A DNA stretch of 64,000 nt from Cyanidioschyzon merolae. Lineage: Eukaryota. The notes beneath the pieces were generated by a model, which saw only the letters and a program-made list of their open reading frames with translations, was not told the origin of the DNA and made no database searches. Where the stretch lies: the NCBI GenBank assembly GCA_000091205.1, contig AP006488.2, one strand, 5' to 3'. Shown one piece after another: positions 43,564 to 54,269 of this stretch (within the stretch, counting starts at the first letter, position 1; each line of letters begins with the position of its first letter). The translations under genes and the position numbers were made by a program.

Positions 43564-46237
43564 TGAGTATCACGAAACGACGCGACCTGTCGGTCAGTTC
43601 CTTTATGTTTTGCAGAAGTTTGCAAATGCATATCCATTGCCTCCGCACAGCAGCAACCGTTGGCGAAGCCAGCGCGGTGGCAGGTACTCCTGCCTAGAAT
43701 CGCATGCATGAAATGTTCGAACGCTAACGTGCGCTCTGAATGGTGTATCCGAACCACCCCCGGTGCTCGATACGGTTGCCAGAACCTCGAAACGGCTCCT
43801 GGTGCCGTCAATCAACTTGTTGGTATGACTATTGGCGTCCATAAAACCCGATTCTCGACGCCACCTAGCCCTAGAAAATATGAACAGATCGACCAGCATA
43901 ACATTCCGATTTTTGACTCCGTCCTTTTCACTTAGACGTCTGGCGACGGTGTTCGTAGTTCCTCAACCCGGGATCGACATCAAGGACCAAGTCTTGTTCT
44001 TCTTGTGCATTGAGCAATTTAAAGAACGTCGTGCTGTTAGACTCAGGACTAGGCCTCACGAAGCGCATGCAGACCGATATTCCGGCCGTTTCTATGATCC
44101 CTGTACACTTCTGTCCATTTCCCCGTGCAGACGAGAAGCCTGGAACGACCTCCGCCAGTGCTCTTCGTGAAGGTGTTCGATTCGCTCGCACATGCTCGCA
44201 GAGACCAGCCGTTCCCCATTATGGAGGCTATTCAATACAGAAGAATATTGTCTAGGGTGATGTCAAGGCGCTTGATGTGACACTCGGGGATCGCATCGAC
44301 CAGAAGCTTGAGGAGGCAAGGACGCCCGACTAGAGGAGCGAGCCTGCTATGCTCTGGAGCGCTCTATTCAGGAGCACTTGGTCCCGCACGATGGGCAGAA
44401 GAAAGGCATCCCGTTTCATTCGTTCTTTGGATACGACGTGCGTCGGTGCGGGGCAGAGAGCGACATGAAGCGCATAAACGAACCGAACCAAAGCTCGCAC
44501 TCGTTGCGACTCGGCTGCCGAAGGCGCCACAATATCAATCTTTTCCGTAACCGCCGGCTCGTCATTTGCCTTTGCCAACATCCCAAGAATACCTTCCGTA
44601 GGTAACATTTTTTGTATTCCAGTCATCTGAAGCCACAGTGGCTGCAATGCCTACGGTGTGCGCATCATGAGTCGCTCGCGATTGATCCGCATCTGGTTTA
44701 CAATACTGGCTTGATATTTTATGACATCCGCGCTGTAGACTTTTTTGAACGTCTGAGATGGCTCGGCAACGTCTCAAGGTACTCTGGGAAGCGTGTGTGT
44801 GCAAATCGCCGATCCCATGATCACGCTGTGTGTCACGTTCTATACAGAGCCTCAGCTATGGGGTCGCACGAAGGTTTGATCGAAATTTTCCGGGAAAATG
44901 AGTACGGCCAGCAGGCCGCTGCTTCCGAAGCTCTCACAAACTGTTGAACGATTAGGTACGTCGAGACGCGGGATGCCCAGCTTGCCGTGTGCGAACAGGG
45001 AGCTGCACGACCCTTACTGCAGTCCTTATACTAACTTTAGGAAGATTATTTCCGTCGACGTGGTTGAATAGAGAGGATTTGAAAATGGTTCAGGACTGAT
45101 GTTCCGCTCGGATCGTTTGCTTTCTGTTTTTCGTGGACCTCTGTTCCAATGGATCTTTCTCTTTTTTGGCCTGGGGTGAGTTGGCCTCCAACTCGACCAG
45201 GTGATCTTGGGCAGGGATATATTCGCTATGCACCATATCTCTAGTTTACGTTGGATTCAGACGCACTGGCTGCGCGCTGGGACTGAAACTTGCATTTCCT
45301 TCAAACGCATCTGCTATTCTCGCAGTGCTTTTTGGTTAGCTTCTTCGTCGCGAGCACACCAACGAACCGAAGCGCACCTTTGCGCTCCCTTCCGCGCTCG
45401 AGCAGCGGCGCGAAGCAGCAGTTCAGTGCTCGTGAACCTCGATTATGATTCATTGAAGACCGGTGACACGGATTCGAGTGGCCCCTCGGTTAGTATATCA
45501 GCCTGAGAATGACGTTCACGAATGATGCAGACGCCTTCGACCCGACTGATCCAGGGATATGAGCTGCCGCGAAGCGCAACACAACGCCAATCCCAGCTGG
45601 ATACCCCCAGACTTGTTTATCGCGATGAAGAGCGACACTTTCTAACAGCAGGCCAGAATCATCTGCGAAGGAGCAGCCACGAAGCGTGCTCCCACGAAGG
45701 ATGCGTTCTTGAAAGATCCTATCCGTTTGGTGATTTGTCGGCGATCACGTGACTGAATCGTAGCTCAGGCTGATGTTGTTCGAATGCTCGCTTGTGTCTT
45801 CTTTGGGAACAATGGTAGTAGTTCCAGTAGAAAATATGGAGCAAAAATTGATTGACAAGAAGACAGTGGTGTAGATACATTCAAAAAAGCTCAGGTTTGA
45901 GCGTATGCCATGCAGGGTACGGACCAAAAGACGGAGCAAAACATACGCACCTGCACACCGTGAATCATTGTCTTGTCGTACTTCACGAGCTAGCTGTTCT
46001 ACCAGAGAATCTGCACGTGACCCGCGTCCAGTCTAAAGGACGCATTCCTTTTGTTGAATACATATGAACCAGGCAAACAAAAACAAAAACGGCAGGCTGG
46101 TACATGTATTCCAGCATTCGCTCCTCTGAATATCGCGACCGGCGCTGGTGACATGATCACCTTCGCTCAACCGTGGGGCCTATATAGGAGGGCGCTTCTC
46201 GAATGCGGTTTATGGAGGAAACTGCATAGAGATAGAC

Positions 46238-46332
46238 GCATACACGCAAACACGCAAACACGCAAACACGCACACACGCACGCACACACGCAAACACGCA
46301 CACACGCATACACGCACACACGCACACGCATG
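46238..46332. repeat. Compound microsatellite (CACGCAAA / CACGCACA)n
   Basis: 'acgcatacacgcaaacacgcaaacacgcaaacacgcacacacgcacgcacacacgcaaacacgcacacacgcatacacgcacacacgcacacgca'. Confidence 0.85.
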
Positions 46333-46530
46333 CAAGTCCGCCTGCTGTGCGGCTGCCAACATCATGCGTCTCCGCCGACGCCTCACTTTGCCGCTGGAAA
46401 ACGCGCTCTGCCAGGACGTTCTTCGTCGGGCAGCACTTGAACGCTTTCGCAGGAGCATGCGCCCGCGCATCCTCGTATTTGCGGTCGCCACAATGCCGAA
46501 AAAACGGCGGTCATTGCATCTAAACCAGTT

Positions 46531-48258
46531 TCAGTCCCAGACCTCTACCATGTATCGGCCTTGCATGGCCATGAGACTGAGCATTTGCTCAGCCTCTGAG
46601 GCGCTGAGACCAGCGCGGCTGCAGAGCACCGCTTCCAGGATCGCTCGACGCACTTCAGCTGGCATGCTTGTGCTCGAGCTGCCTGCCACCATGATATGGA
46701 CTCGCTGCGAGCGATCCGTACCCTTGAAACAGGTCTCGTAAATCAAGTCTGCATCTTGCCGAATACGATCCTGTACATAGCATTTGGGGCGACCGTCTCG
46801 CGGTCGAGAGTACGCGGGTAGTCGCTGTACCACGGACGACGGCCAATTCTCCCGGAATAAATCATCCGCGGTATCGTTCCGACAGCCGTACACAAGGATC
46901 TTGTTCGACGGCAGCCGTGTTGTCGAAATCGTTGCCAGGTGCGATGTCATGCAACGGAAGACGCCAATACCGGTACCAACTGCCACCATGAGCATCGGAC
47001 ACTCCGGATCTGCGGGTAGTCGAAGCGTTCCCGGTTGAATCCAAAGACATACCGAGTCGCCGCTCTGCAGATTACGCAGGCAACCACTCATTGTTCCGAT
47101 CCGGAGACGTCGCAGAGGTGTTGCGTAGCGCACCAGGCGGACGCATATCTCTACAAGTGCATTGTCTTCAGGCGAGGCTGCTTTTGCTGCATCGCGCATG
47201 TCGGTGGCAATCGAGTAGCCACGCGGTTGCATTCTCGGCATGACCTCGAGAGCATGTGCGAGGCTCGGGAAACGTGCAGATGGGAAATCGCGCAGCACAA
47301 GCAGCACCGTTCGCTGTTCATGGAGGATATAGCTGGCGTACGCGGCGGCACTGTCCGCGATTTCCAACAGACGACGCTGCTCGTGAGCCTCCGTCGCGAA
47401 GCAGGCAAGTTGACGTAGAAATCGACGTCGGGGAATTCCGTTCAAGTCGAAGAGGCGTTGCACCAGCGATCGCGCCCTGACTCGCTCTCCAGTCAGATTT
47501 TCTATCCAGAACACTTCATTCGGATCCCATGATGGGAATAACTGAAAGAAAGCATCCACAGCGCTGGGCCGATTCTGAGGAACAAGGTACGCAACGTCTC
47601 CAGGCATGAAAATGGGCCCCGCTGACCCCGAGCGACCCACGAGGAAACGAAAGAGCACCACGTGCTTTTCATCAGGATAAGTATCATCGAGGGCCAGTTC
47701 CCGTGCGTCCAGAAAGACTGCTTCCCGGTTCACAGGCCGGAGATGCCAACGAGACGGTGCTATTCGTTGCTGCCTCTGCTGCTGACGGCGTCGATAGGCC
47801 TCCATGCGCTGGGCGCCCAGGAGACTCGTCAACCACTCGTTAAAGGCATCTTCCCAGAGCGCACCATCGCCCAGACCAATGGGTTGGATGCGGGTGGCAC
47901 CCAGCTGGGCGAGCCGCACATCGAGGCGTCGTGCTACCGCGTTGAACTTGGGATAGCTACGATCACCAAGTCCGAACACTGCGTATCGCACGGCTCGCAG
48001 CCAGTTGGCGGGGAGACGCCGCTTTCGCAGAAAACGCCAGAACGCTGCAAAGTTATCCGGCGGCTCTCCGTCTCCATAGGTGGAGACAACGAACAGGACA
48101 ACAGACTCGAACGGAAGATTCTCCGGATCATAGAACTGAGCGCTTCGGCAGTCAGCACCAGGACCTATAGCTTCTGCGAGCGTAGCTGCGGCGTCTGCAG
48201 CGTTACCCGACTGTGAGCCGTAGACGACCAGTGCGTGCTCCAGGAATTCATCGTCCAT
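46531..48258 (-). CDS. NADPH-dependent diflavin oxidoreductase (NDOR1/Tah18-like; flavodoxin plus FAD/NADPH domains)
   Basis: The 575-aa intact ORF has an N-terminal flavodoxin signature 'LVVYGSQSGNAADAA...VVSTYGDGEPPDN...VFGLGDRSYPKFN'. The FAD/NADPH domain shows 'RGYSIATD', 'MVAVGTGIGVFR' and 'YVQDRI'. Confidence 0.8.
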   Translation of the reverse strand: MDDEFLEHALVVYGSQSGNAADAAATLAEAIGPGADCRSAQFYDPENLPFESVVLFVVSTYGDGEPPDNFAAFWRFLRKRRLPANWLRAVRYAVFGLGDRSYPKFNAVARRLDVRLAQLGATRIQPIGLGDGALWEDAFNEWLTSLLGAQRMEAYRRRQQQRQQRIAPSRWHLRPVNREAVFLDARELALDDTYPDEKHVVLFRFLVGRSGSAGPIFMPGDVAYLVPQNRPSAVDAFFQLFPSWDPNEVFWIENLTGERVRARSLVQRLFDLNGIPRRRFLRQLACFATEAHEQRRLLEIADSAAAYASYILHEQRTVLLVLRDFPSARFPSLAHALEVMPRMQPRGYSIATDMRDAAKAASPEDNALVEICVRLVRYATPLRRLRIGTMSGCLRNLQSGDSVCLWIQPGTLRLPADPECPMLMVAVGTGIGVFRCMTSHLATISTTRLPSNKILVYGCRNDTADDLFRENWPSSVVQRLPAYSRPRDGRPKCYVQDRIRQDADLIYETCFKGTDRSQRVHIMVAGSSSTSMPAEVRRAILEAVLCSRAGLSASEAEQMLSLMAMQGRYMVEVWD

Positions 48259-48544
48259 CGCTTGGCAGTAGCCTTAACGACGCAAGCCGCTCGTGCAGTC
48301 CACGAGAGCGTCGTTGCGAGCGCTGTCAAGCAGCTCTGTGGTGCCAGTGCCGCCTGCCAAACGGCCAAGCCGCAAGCAGGTTCACAGGCAGGGCGTGCCT
48401 CCTCAGAAGCGGCGGCCAGTCAAGAATAATGGATGAAGGCTTCGATCCAGCTCCACGAAACTTGTGTTGGGACTTGCACTATGCCTAGCCAATAGGCATG
48501 CAGTGCGATAAAAAACCTTGGTCGTCACAGATCCTGTCTACGTA

Positions 48545-48573
48545 CAGCACAAGCACAAGCACAAGCACAAGCT
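48545..48573. repeat. (ACAAGC)n hexanucleotide microsatellite
   Basis: 'acagcacaagcacaagcacaagcacaagc'. Confidence 0.8.
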
Positions 48574-48888
48574 TCACCAAAAGCCAGCTAGCTTAGTTAG
48601 CTAGTCAAACAGGCTGGGTGCGCTACGCGTGATCCGCATACTGGGACAGTCAACGGCGAGCGTTGCGAACGCTTTCTTCTCGAGTGATCGTGATAGGTCA
48701 GAGCTCGTGCTCTATCGCGCAGTGCAGCACTCAACGACGCTCTCTTACTATACTCCACTCAAGCAATCCACTTACGCAACGAAGCCGGACGGAGTACCGC
48801 TTCGCCTATAAGCAACTTATTGCTACACTAACCGGGGCTGGCGGAGGACTTTTTTTGACCGCAGCTTTCGTGGACACTGCAGCACTAT

Positions 48889-49857
48889 GTGCGAAAGTCT
48901 CGTTGGATGCTGAAACGCAACGGTCAGAGCCGCGTTTCGGCAACGACGGAGCCACCGGCGACGACAAACTCGGTCGTGGACGTTGAGGCAGGGCGGGACT
49001 CGCCACCGAACGTGTGCCTGCAGCCTGCACTTGAACACTGGGGCGACCACGCGTACGCCGAACACAATGCACTGTCTGAGAGAGGCCGTGCTGAGCGGGA
49101 AACTTCTGACGCTGGAGCGGTAGCGCTCAGTGACTGCACCAGAGGGTCCAGGCAGAGCGCAGGTGCGACTGATGCACCAGCAGCGTGTGCAGGAACAGCA
49201 AGTACCCACGAGACAAGTTGCGCTTTATCTAACGCTGACCGGCCCGAAGGTCAACGAACCGACAAGCAAACCTCGCATACTATGCGCGTCCAGGCGAGTG
49301 CGAGCTGGACACACGCTGTAGACGAGAACCCGCAGCGATCAAAGGACTCGTGTGAGCGACAGCAGCCCGCTTCGGATGGACGCAAAGCCTCTCCGCCGAA
49401 CTCGGGACCTGCACTGGGGTCAACGAGCCCACAGACGGATCATAGCAAGCCCGGGGGTACAGGAGCTGCACAAACGCCAGCACCGAATCAGAATCCTGTT
49501 GATAGCTTTCGCTGGCAACAACTTCTCCAGTATCATGCGTCGCGTAACGTAGGATCCAGAGCGCGAGATCTTTTAGCCCTGGAGAGGACTTTTCTTTCCA
49601 TGATTCGGACGAGCCTCTCATCCGTGGCGCTCGGGGTTGCCATTGCGAAACTCATTGGAACCCGCCTAGCGGATGCTACCGGCACGGTGTTCATTAGCCT
49701 CGGGCTCCTGACGCTGATAATTGGACTCTGGCGGTATTACACTCAAATTTTGGCCATTGAGCGGGGCCAGTTCGCAGCCGACACCGTATTTCCTTGGATT
49801 GTGGTGGTTCTGCTGCTCACGTCCGGTGTGGTGTCGCTGGTGCTTATCTTCAAGTGA
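48889..49857 (+). CDS. Membrane protein with a C-terminal DUF202 (YidH-like) domain; the N-terminal region is low complexity and the start is uncertain
   Basis: The C-terminus reads 'ARDLLALERTFLSMIRTSLSSVALGVAIAKLIG...ISLGLLTLIIGLWRYY...VVVLLLTSGVVSLVLIF' (ERT.L.W.RT pattern plus 3 TM segments). The first codon of the ORF is GTG; the first ATG is at 48907. Confidence 0.5.
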   Translation: MRKSRWMLKRNGQSRVSATTEPPATTNSVVDVEAGRDSPPNVCLQPALEHWGDHAYAEHNALSERGRAERETSDAGAVALSDCTRGSRQSAGATDAPAACAGTASTHETSCALSNADRPEGQRTDKQTSHTMRVQASASWTHAVDENPQRSKDSCERQQPASDGRKASPPNSGPALGSTSPQTDHSKPGGTGAAQTPAPNQNPVDSFRWQQLLQYHASRNVGSRARDLLALERTFLSMIRTSLSSVALGVAIAKLIGTRLADATGTVFISLGLLTLIIGLWRYYTQILAIERGQFAADTVFPWIVVVLLLTSGVVSLVLIFK

Positions 49858-50454
49858 GGCATCGGCGGAAGCGTGACACCCGAGACTAGATTGACATTGC
49901 CTCGAATATTCTACTCGTCTAAAGAGTCTTGACGTAACCAGCGCATGCCGTCGTCTGGCTCGGAATCGAAGGCGTCTGGCGTCGCCTGAGCCTGCGCTCC
50001 GGAGCTCTACACCGGTGTCCAATGGGACTGAGGCATGGAACTCCAGACGCTGTTCCTGTCTTGCGAGTTTCCGCAGCGAATTTTCGAGGCACAGCCACGA
50101 AAATGAGATGTACCAGAGTCAGAGCTCATGGAAACATATGTAGTTTTACGATTCTCGGTCGTGATTGTGGAGTAGGTTCTCTCACGCCCTCTGACACTGG
50201 ACCTTGGCTCGTCATCCGGGACCAAGATGATTCGCGACGTCCTCGAAAAATTGTTTAGAGAACAACCGATGCCATAATCTAGTTCATGTGGACAAGAATC
50301 CAGGCGTCTCGTTTTCGAATTGTTCTCTGTTTCTAGGCACTTCTTGGGTGCAGGAGTCTGCGCATTTGGATGGACGAGGAAGAGGAAAACTCAACGCCTT
50401 GCCCTGATAAGTTGTCCAGAAGCTCATGCAGAAACTTTGCTGAACGTATCACAT

Positions 50455-50900
50455 TCATCCGTGGATTTCGTTCGACAGACAAATCGTCCTCTGTTTGTAG
50501 CCGCCGTCGAAAAGCGATTCGGTACCAGCATCATGCATCGCACGGGATATGCTCTGGAAGGTTCGCAGCTCTTTCTCTTTGCATGGACATGGGTTTTGGA
50601 CTCGGACTCGGACTCGAGTCATCGCAGCGATCGCTTCCAATAGAATGTGCGCCAATGCTTTGCATGATGAGAGTGTAGACGGATCGACGCTTCTCGACAT
50701 GATTTCCAGGCTGGATTTTTCGTGCGGTATCTCCATCATCGTGAACACCATCGCTTGGCACAAATCCTTTCTTGAATAGGATAGGGGGCGCTTGCGCACA
50801 CAGCAAACAGAGTACTCTCCGAGTGGGTCATTTAGAAGAGGTCCATGATCATCGTGTACGTTACCGGGCGCGGAAAAGAATGAGTGCGCCAACGGGGCGC
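50455..50900 (-). repeat. Dispersed repeat, copy 2 (inverted partner of 39560..39950)
   Basis: See 39560..39950. Confidence 0.5.
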
Positions 50901-52286
50901 CTCTGTACCCATCAAGGACATGTAGCCGGTGGTGAAGCAGATGTTCACGGGCGACAAGGCAACGCTCGGTGAACGAGGTACCCTAGGCACACGAGACCAG
51001 CGGACTGCAGTCAAAATACCGCTGCTGCAAAAGGTACACGGACGGTATTTATAGATATAGAAGACGAAAGTGGCAAGCAACGCTTCGATTCCAAATCCCG
51101 CATGTCCATTACAAGAAAAGGAACAGACGGAAGTTGCGAAATCGAGACTTGAAAGTTGCCGTCCACGACCTTCGACATCTGACTTCAGAGCTGGGGGCAC
51201 AGGAGCGGCTGACGCATTGAAAGCCGGAGATGAGGGAGCGGAAACCGTAATAGCGATGTGAGCATTCCGCACGGGCTGCCGATGATGTACATGAGAAGAG
51301 ACCCAATCTTTACTTATTCCGCCCGTGGTAGCTGCGTGGATTCCTTGCATTCTACTCTGGTGCGAGCCAAAATGATGGACATTCAGAAACATGACCGCAA
51401 CCGATGCGTCATTTTGGTAGAGTATGAAAACGAACATTTCGTGCTGCGATCATCTTTGGAACCTGACCATGTCCAAAATTTCCGTCTTCGTTCAACGAAA
51501 ACAGGTCTGCTGTATCTTGTTACAGGCACGGTGCCCAGAAACGGACGCGTGCTGCACTGCAACCCGCAGTCGTCAACGAAGCGCTTGTCGTACCAAATGC
51601 GAGTGTGCTCACGAACAGACAGCCGGCGTTGTCTACTGATGCACACTGCGCAGTTCCACATCTTCGATGACGACTGACGATGAAAAGCCGCGGCTATATG
51701 GCACATAGACGAATGCGCTTCGGCGTTTCTCATCACAGAATACCGAACGAGATCCGAGTTTCGTTTTCCGTCCACGTTCATCTATGTGCGCCATCTCCCG
51801 GACAGCCTGAGCAACGAGCGTTCAGCCGCAAAAGTCGTCGTTCGGTGCTCTGTTTTTTTAACCAGTATAGCGGAAGAGGCAGCGTCCATCAGGAACACGA
51901 ACTGTTCGCAAGCGAGTGCGAGCCGACGCTGATCCCTCGCCGCTCTTGTGCCGACCCAAAAATCCTTCGGTTCATGCGCGTCATCGCCGTTGACTGCGTC
52001 GACTCCCAGCGAAATGCTCTCAACTCGCACCATAACGGAGCTGAGGTTTCGAATTTGCATACGGACCGTAGCCTGGAAACCAAATACCCTATTCCGAATG
52101 AATCAGTATCGCGAAGTTTGCCTTTCAAGTCGCTGATGTCTCGAATACGTTCAGGGCCGGCCGCCCAGTCATCCTGATCCAGCCTGGTTGGATCAGCATC
52201 AAGACGTTGCCGTTGCCAGACTTGCTCTAGCAGCATCGGCTCCCAGAAGGCCATTGGTACCTTCACTCGATGGATTGGCTCCAGCA

Positions 52287-53390
52287 TTATGCCGCAGAAG
52301 ACGGAGGTTTCGCTACCGGCGACGATGCGGGCTGAGGTGCAGTCACGGAGACTGCTTGCAAACAGCTGAGAATCTTCTCGGGATTCGAGAGCTCTTTCTC
52401 TGTTTGCAGACACGGCATGGAGACGTCATCAAGAGCGTACGGACCGACGCGAAGTCGAACCAGACTTGTCATGTGCGCGTGCGTGCCGAGAGCTTTCCCC
52501 AGGTCGTCAATGTAGGTGCGGATATAGGTTCCCCCCGAGCAGTCCACGAACAAGGTGCCTGTGCCCTGTCTCGCGTCGAATGCCTCGCAGCGTGCTTCGA
52601 AGACGTAGACCGTTCGAGAAGGCAATTCACCGATCGCATCGGCTTTACCGGCCCGAGCGAGGTCATACAGCCGTTCACCTTGCACGCGAACTGCGGAAAA
52701 GGCTGGTACTCGCTGCACGATTGCACCGTGGAATGCCTCCGACTGCAGGAGGCGATTCAGCGCCTCAACGTCATATTCACGGAGATGCTCAAAACTCGAG
52801 CGCGCTATCACTTCACCAGTGCAATCTTGAGTATCCGTCGCTGAGCCGAGTTTGAACGTTGCCCGGTACTGCTTGCGTCCGCGTTGGAACTCCCAAAGCT
52901 GCCGCGTGTACTGCGCGCCTACCGCTAGAACGAGTACACCACTCGCGAGCGGGTCCAGCGTTCCACCGTGTCCGACGCGAAGTCGAAAACGACGTGAGCG
53001 CCGACCTGCACCAGACCCAGATGACGACTTGCCGACACCCGCAGGAGGACTAGCAGCGGTGGGCGCCTCGTGTTGTCGTAGGTACTTTTCCAGGGTTGCG
53101 CGTACCTTGTTCACGACGTCGAACGACGTCCAGTTCTGAGGTTTATTGACGATCAAGATGCCACTGGGTTCTTTCGGCGAACGAGCTGCGCAGCGCAGGT
53201 CACTAACAGCACGAGAGCGCTTCCGGGAGCCAGGCATGGACCCAAGCGCTGGCCCAAGTGCAAAACCAGAAACACCGCTGCCACCGACGGCGGAGGCAGC
53301 AAAAGCAGTCGTCGAAACAGCAGCAGCAGCGCCAGGAGCAGTGGTTCGCAGGGGACGCACCAGGCTCAGAAACGCCAACTGAGTTCTCAT
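52287..53390 (-). CDS. truB: tRNA pseudouridine(55) synthase TruB/Pus4-like with an N-terminal extension (possible organellar targeting)
   Basis: 'GILIVNKPQNWTSFDVVNKVR', 'RVGHGGTLDPLASGVLVLAVGAQYT' (catalytic Asp in the GH.GTLDP block), and 'YRATFKLGSATDTQDCTGEV'. Confidence 0.75.
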   Translation of the reverse strand: MRTQLAFLSLVRPLRTTAPGAAAAVSTTAFAASAVGGSGVSGFALGPALGSMPGSRKRSRAVSDLRCAARSPKEPSGILIVNKPQNWTSFDVVNKVRATLEKYLRQHEAPTAASPPAGVGKSSSGSGAGRRSRRFRLRVGHGGTLDPLASGVLVLAVGAQYTRQLWEFQRGRKQYRATFKLGSATDTQDCTGEVIARSSFEHLREYDVEALNRLLQSEAFHGAIVQRVPAFSAVRVQGERLYDLARAGKADAIGELPSRTVYVFEARCEAFDARQGTGTLFVDCSGGTYIRTYIDDLGKALGTHAHMTSLVRLRVGPYALDDVSMPCLQTEKELSNPEKILSCLQAVSVTAPQPASSPVAKPPSSAA

Positions 53391-54269
53391 AGAAAGTACA
53401 AAGAGTTGATTGGTAACTGCTATGCCGCTCCAAACTCACTCAGGTGCGTTATGGGGTACACTACGTAAACGAGTCGGTATGCGAGCGAACAACAGCGCGA
53501 GCGACTCAGTTTTCTCGATGCCAAAACGTTTAGATTGACCAAAGATCCCAGATTGCGGGATGCGTATTGATGATCGAAAAAGCGTCCACCATGCTGCAGC
53601 ACCCTACCTCCAAGTTCTATTTTTCGCACTTCCTTTCAGATATACTGGTTATTTCTTAGGTTCTGATTTGCACCTAACATGCCATGAGCACCCGTCCTGG
53701 CGCATATACCGCTGGTGCAGATGCATCACGGAGACGGAAAAGCTTTTCCAGCACCACCACTGAGGGCGTCGAATCGAGGAACGCTTCACCTGGTACGGAT
53801 TCGCAGTACATAGTCATGCTGAAGGCCTGCGAGCAGCGCAGACAGACCTACAGCCTGCGGCAGCGAGAAGCGGCATGCCAGGTGTCCACCGCGAACAGGG
53901 CGACGCTCAGAGGCGTCATACCCGCTGCGAGCTCCTGAATGAACTGCGTTGCGGACAAACTGCTCACATCTCACTACAGCATCCGTCAATTGCGGGGGCG
54001 GGAGGCGGGTATGCAGCGCTAGCCCGGGAGACTCGTTCAGCTCGCGGGACCTTCCGCTAGTACAGTGAACTTTTGACAATATGGAAACTTGTTCCCCATG
54101 TAACGTTTCTTGTGGTGGTGAAAAGAGATTCTAGTCTCGTTGCTATCTAGTGGTTAGTTTCTGTTCTTCTCTCTATAGAGCGGTCCGTACGTGCTCTCCG
54201 ATATCAGGAAGGTACGAAACGCGACGCGCATCTCGCCGTTACACATCAACGCTATCCTGATGATTAGCG

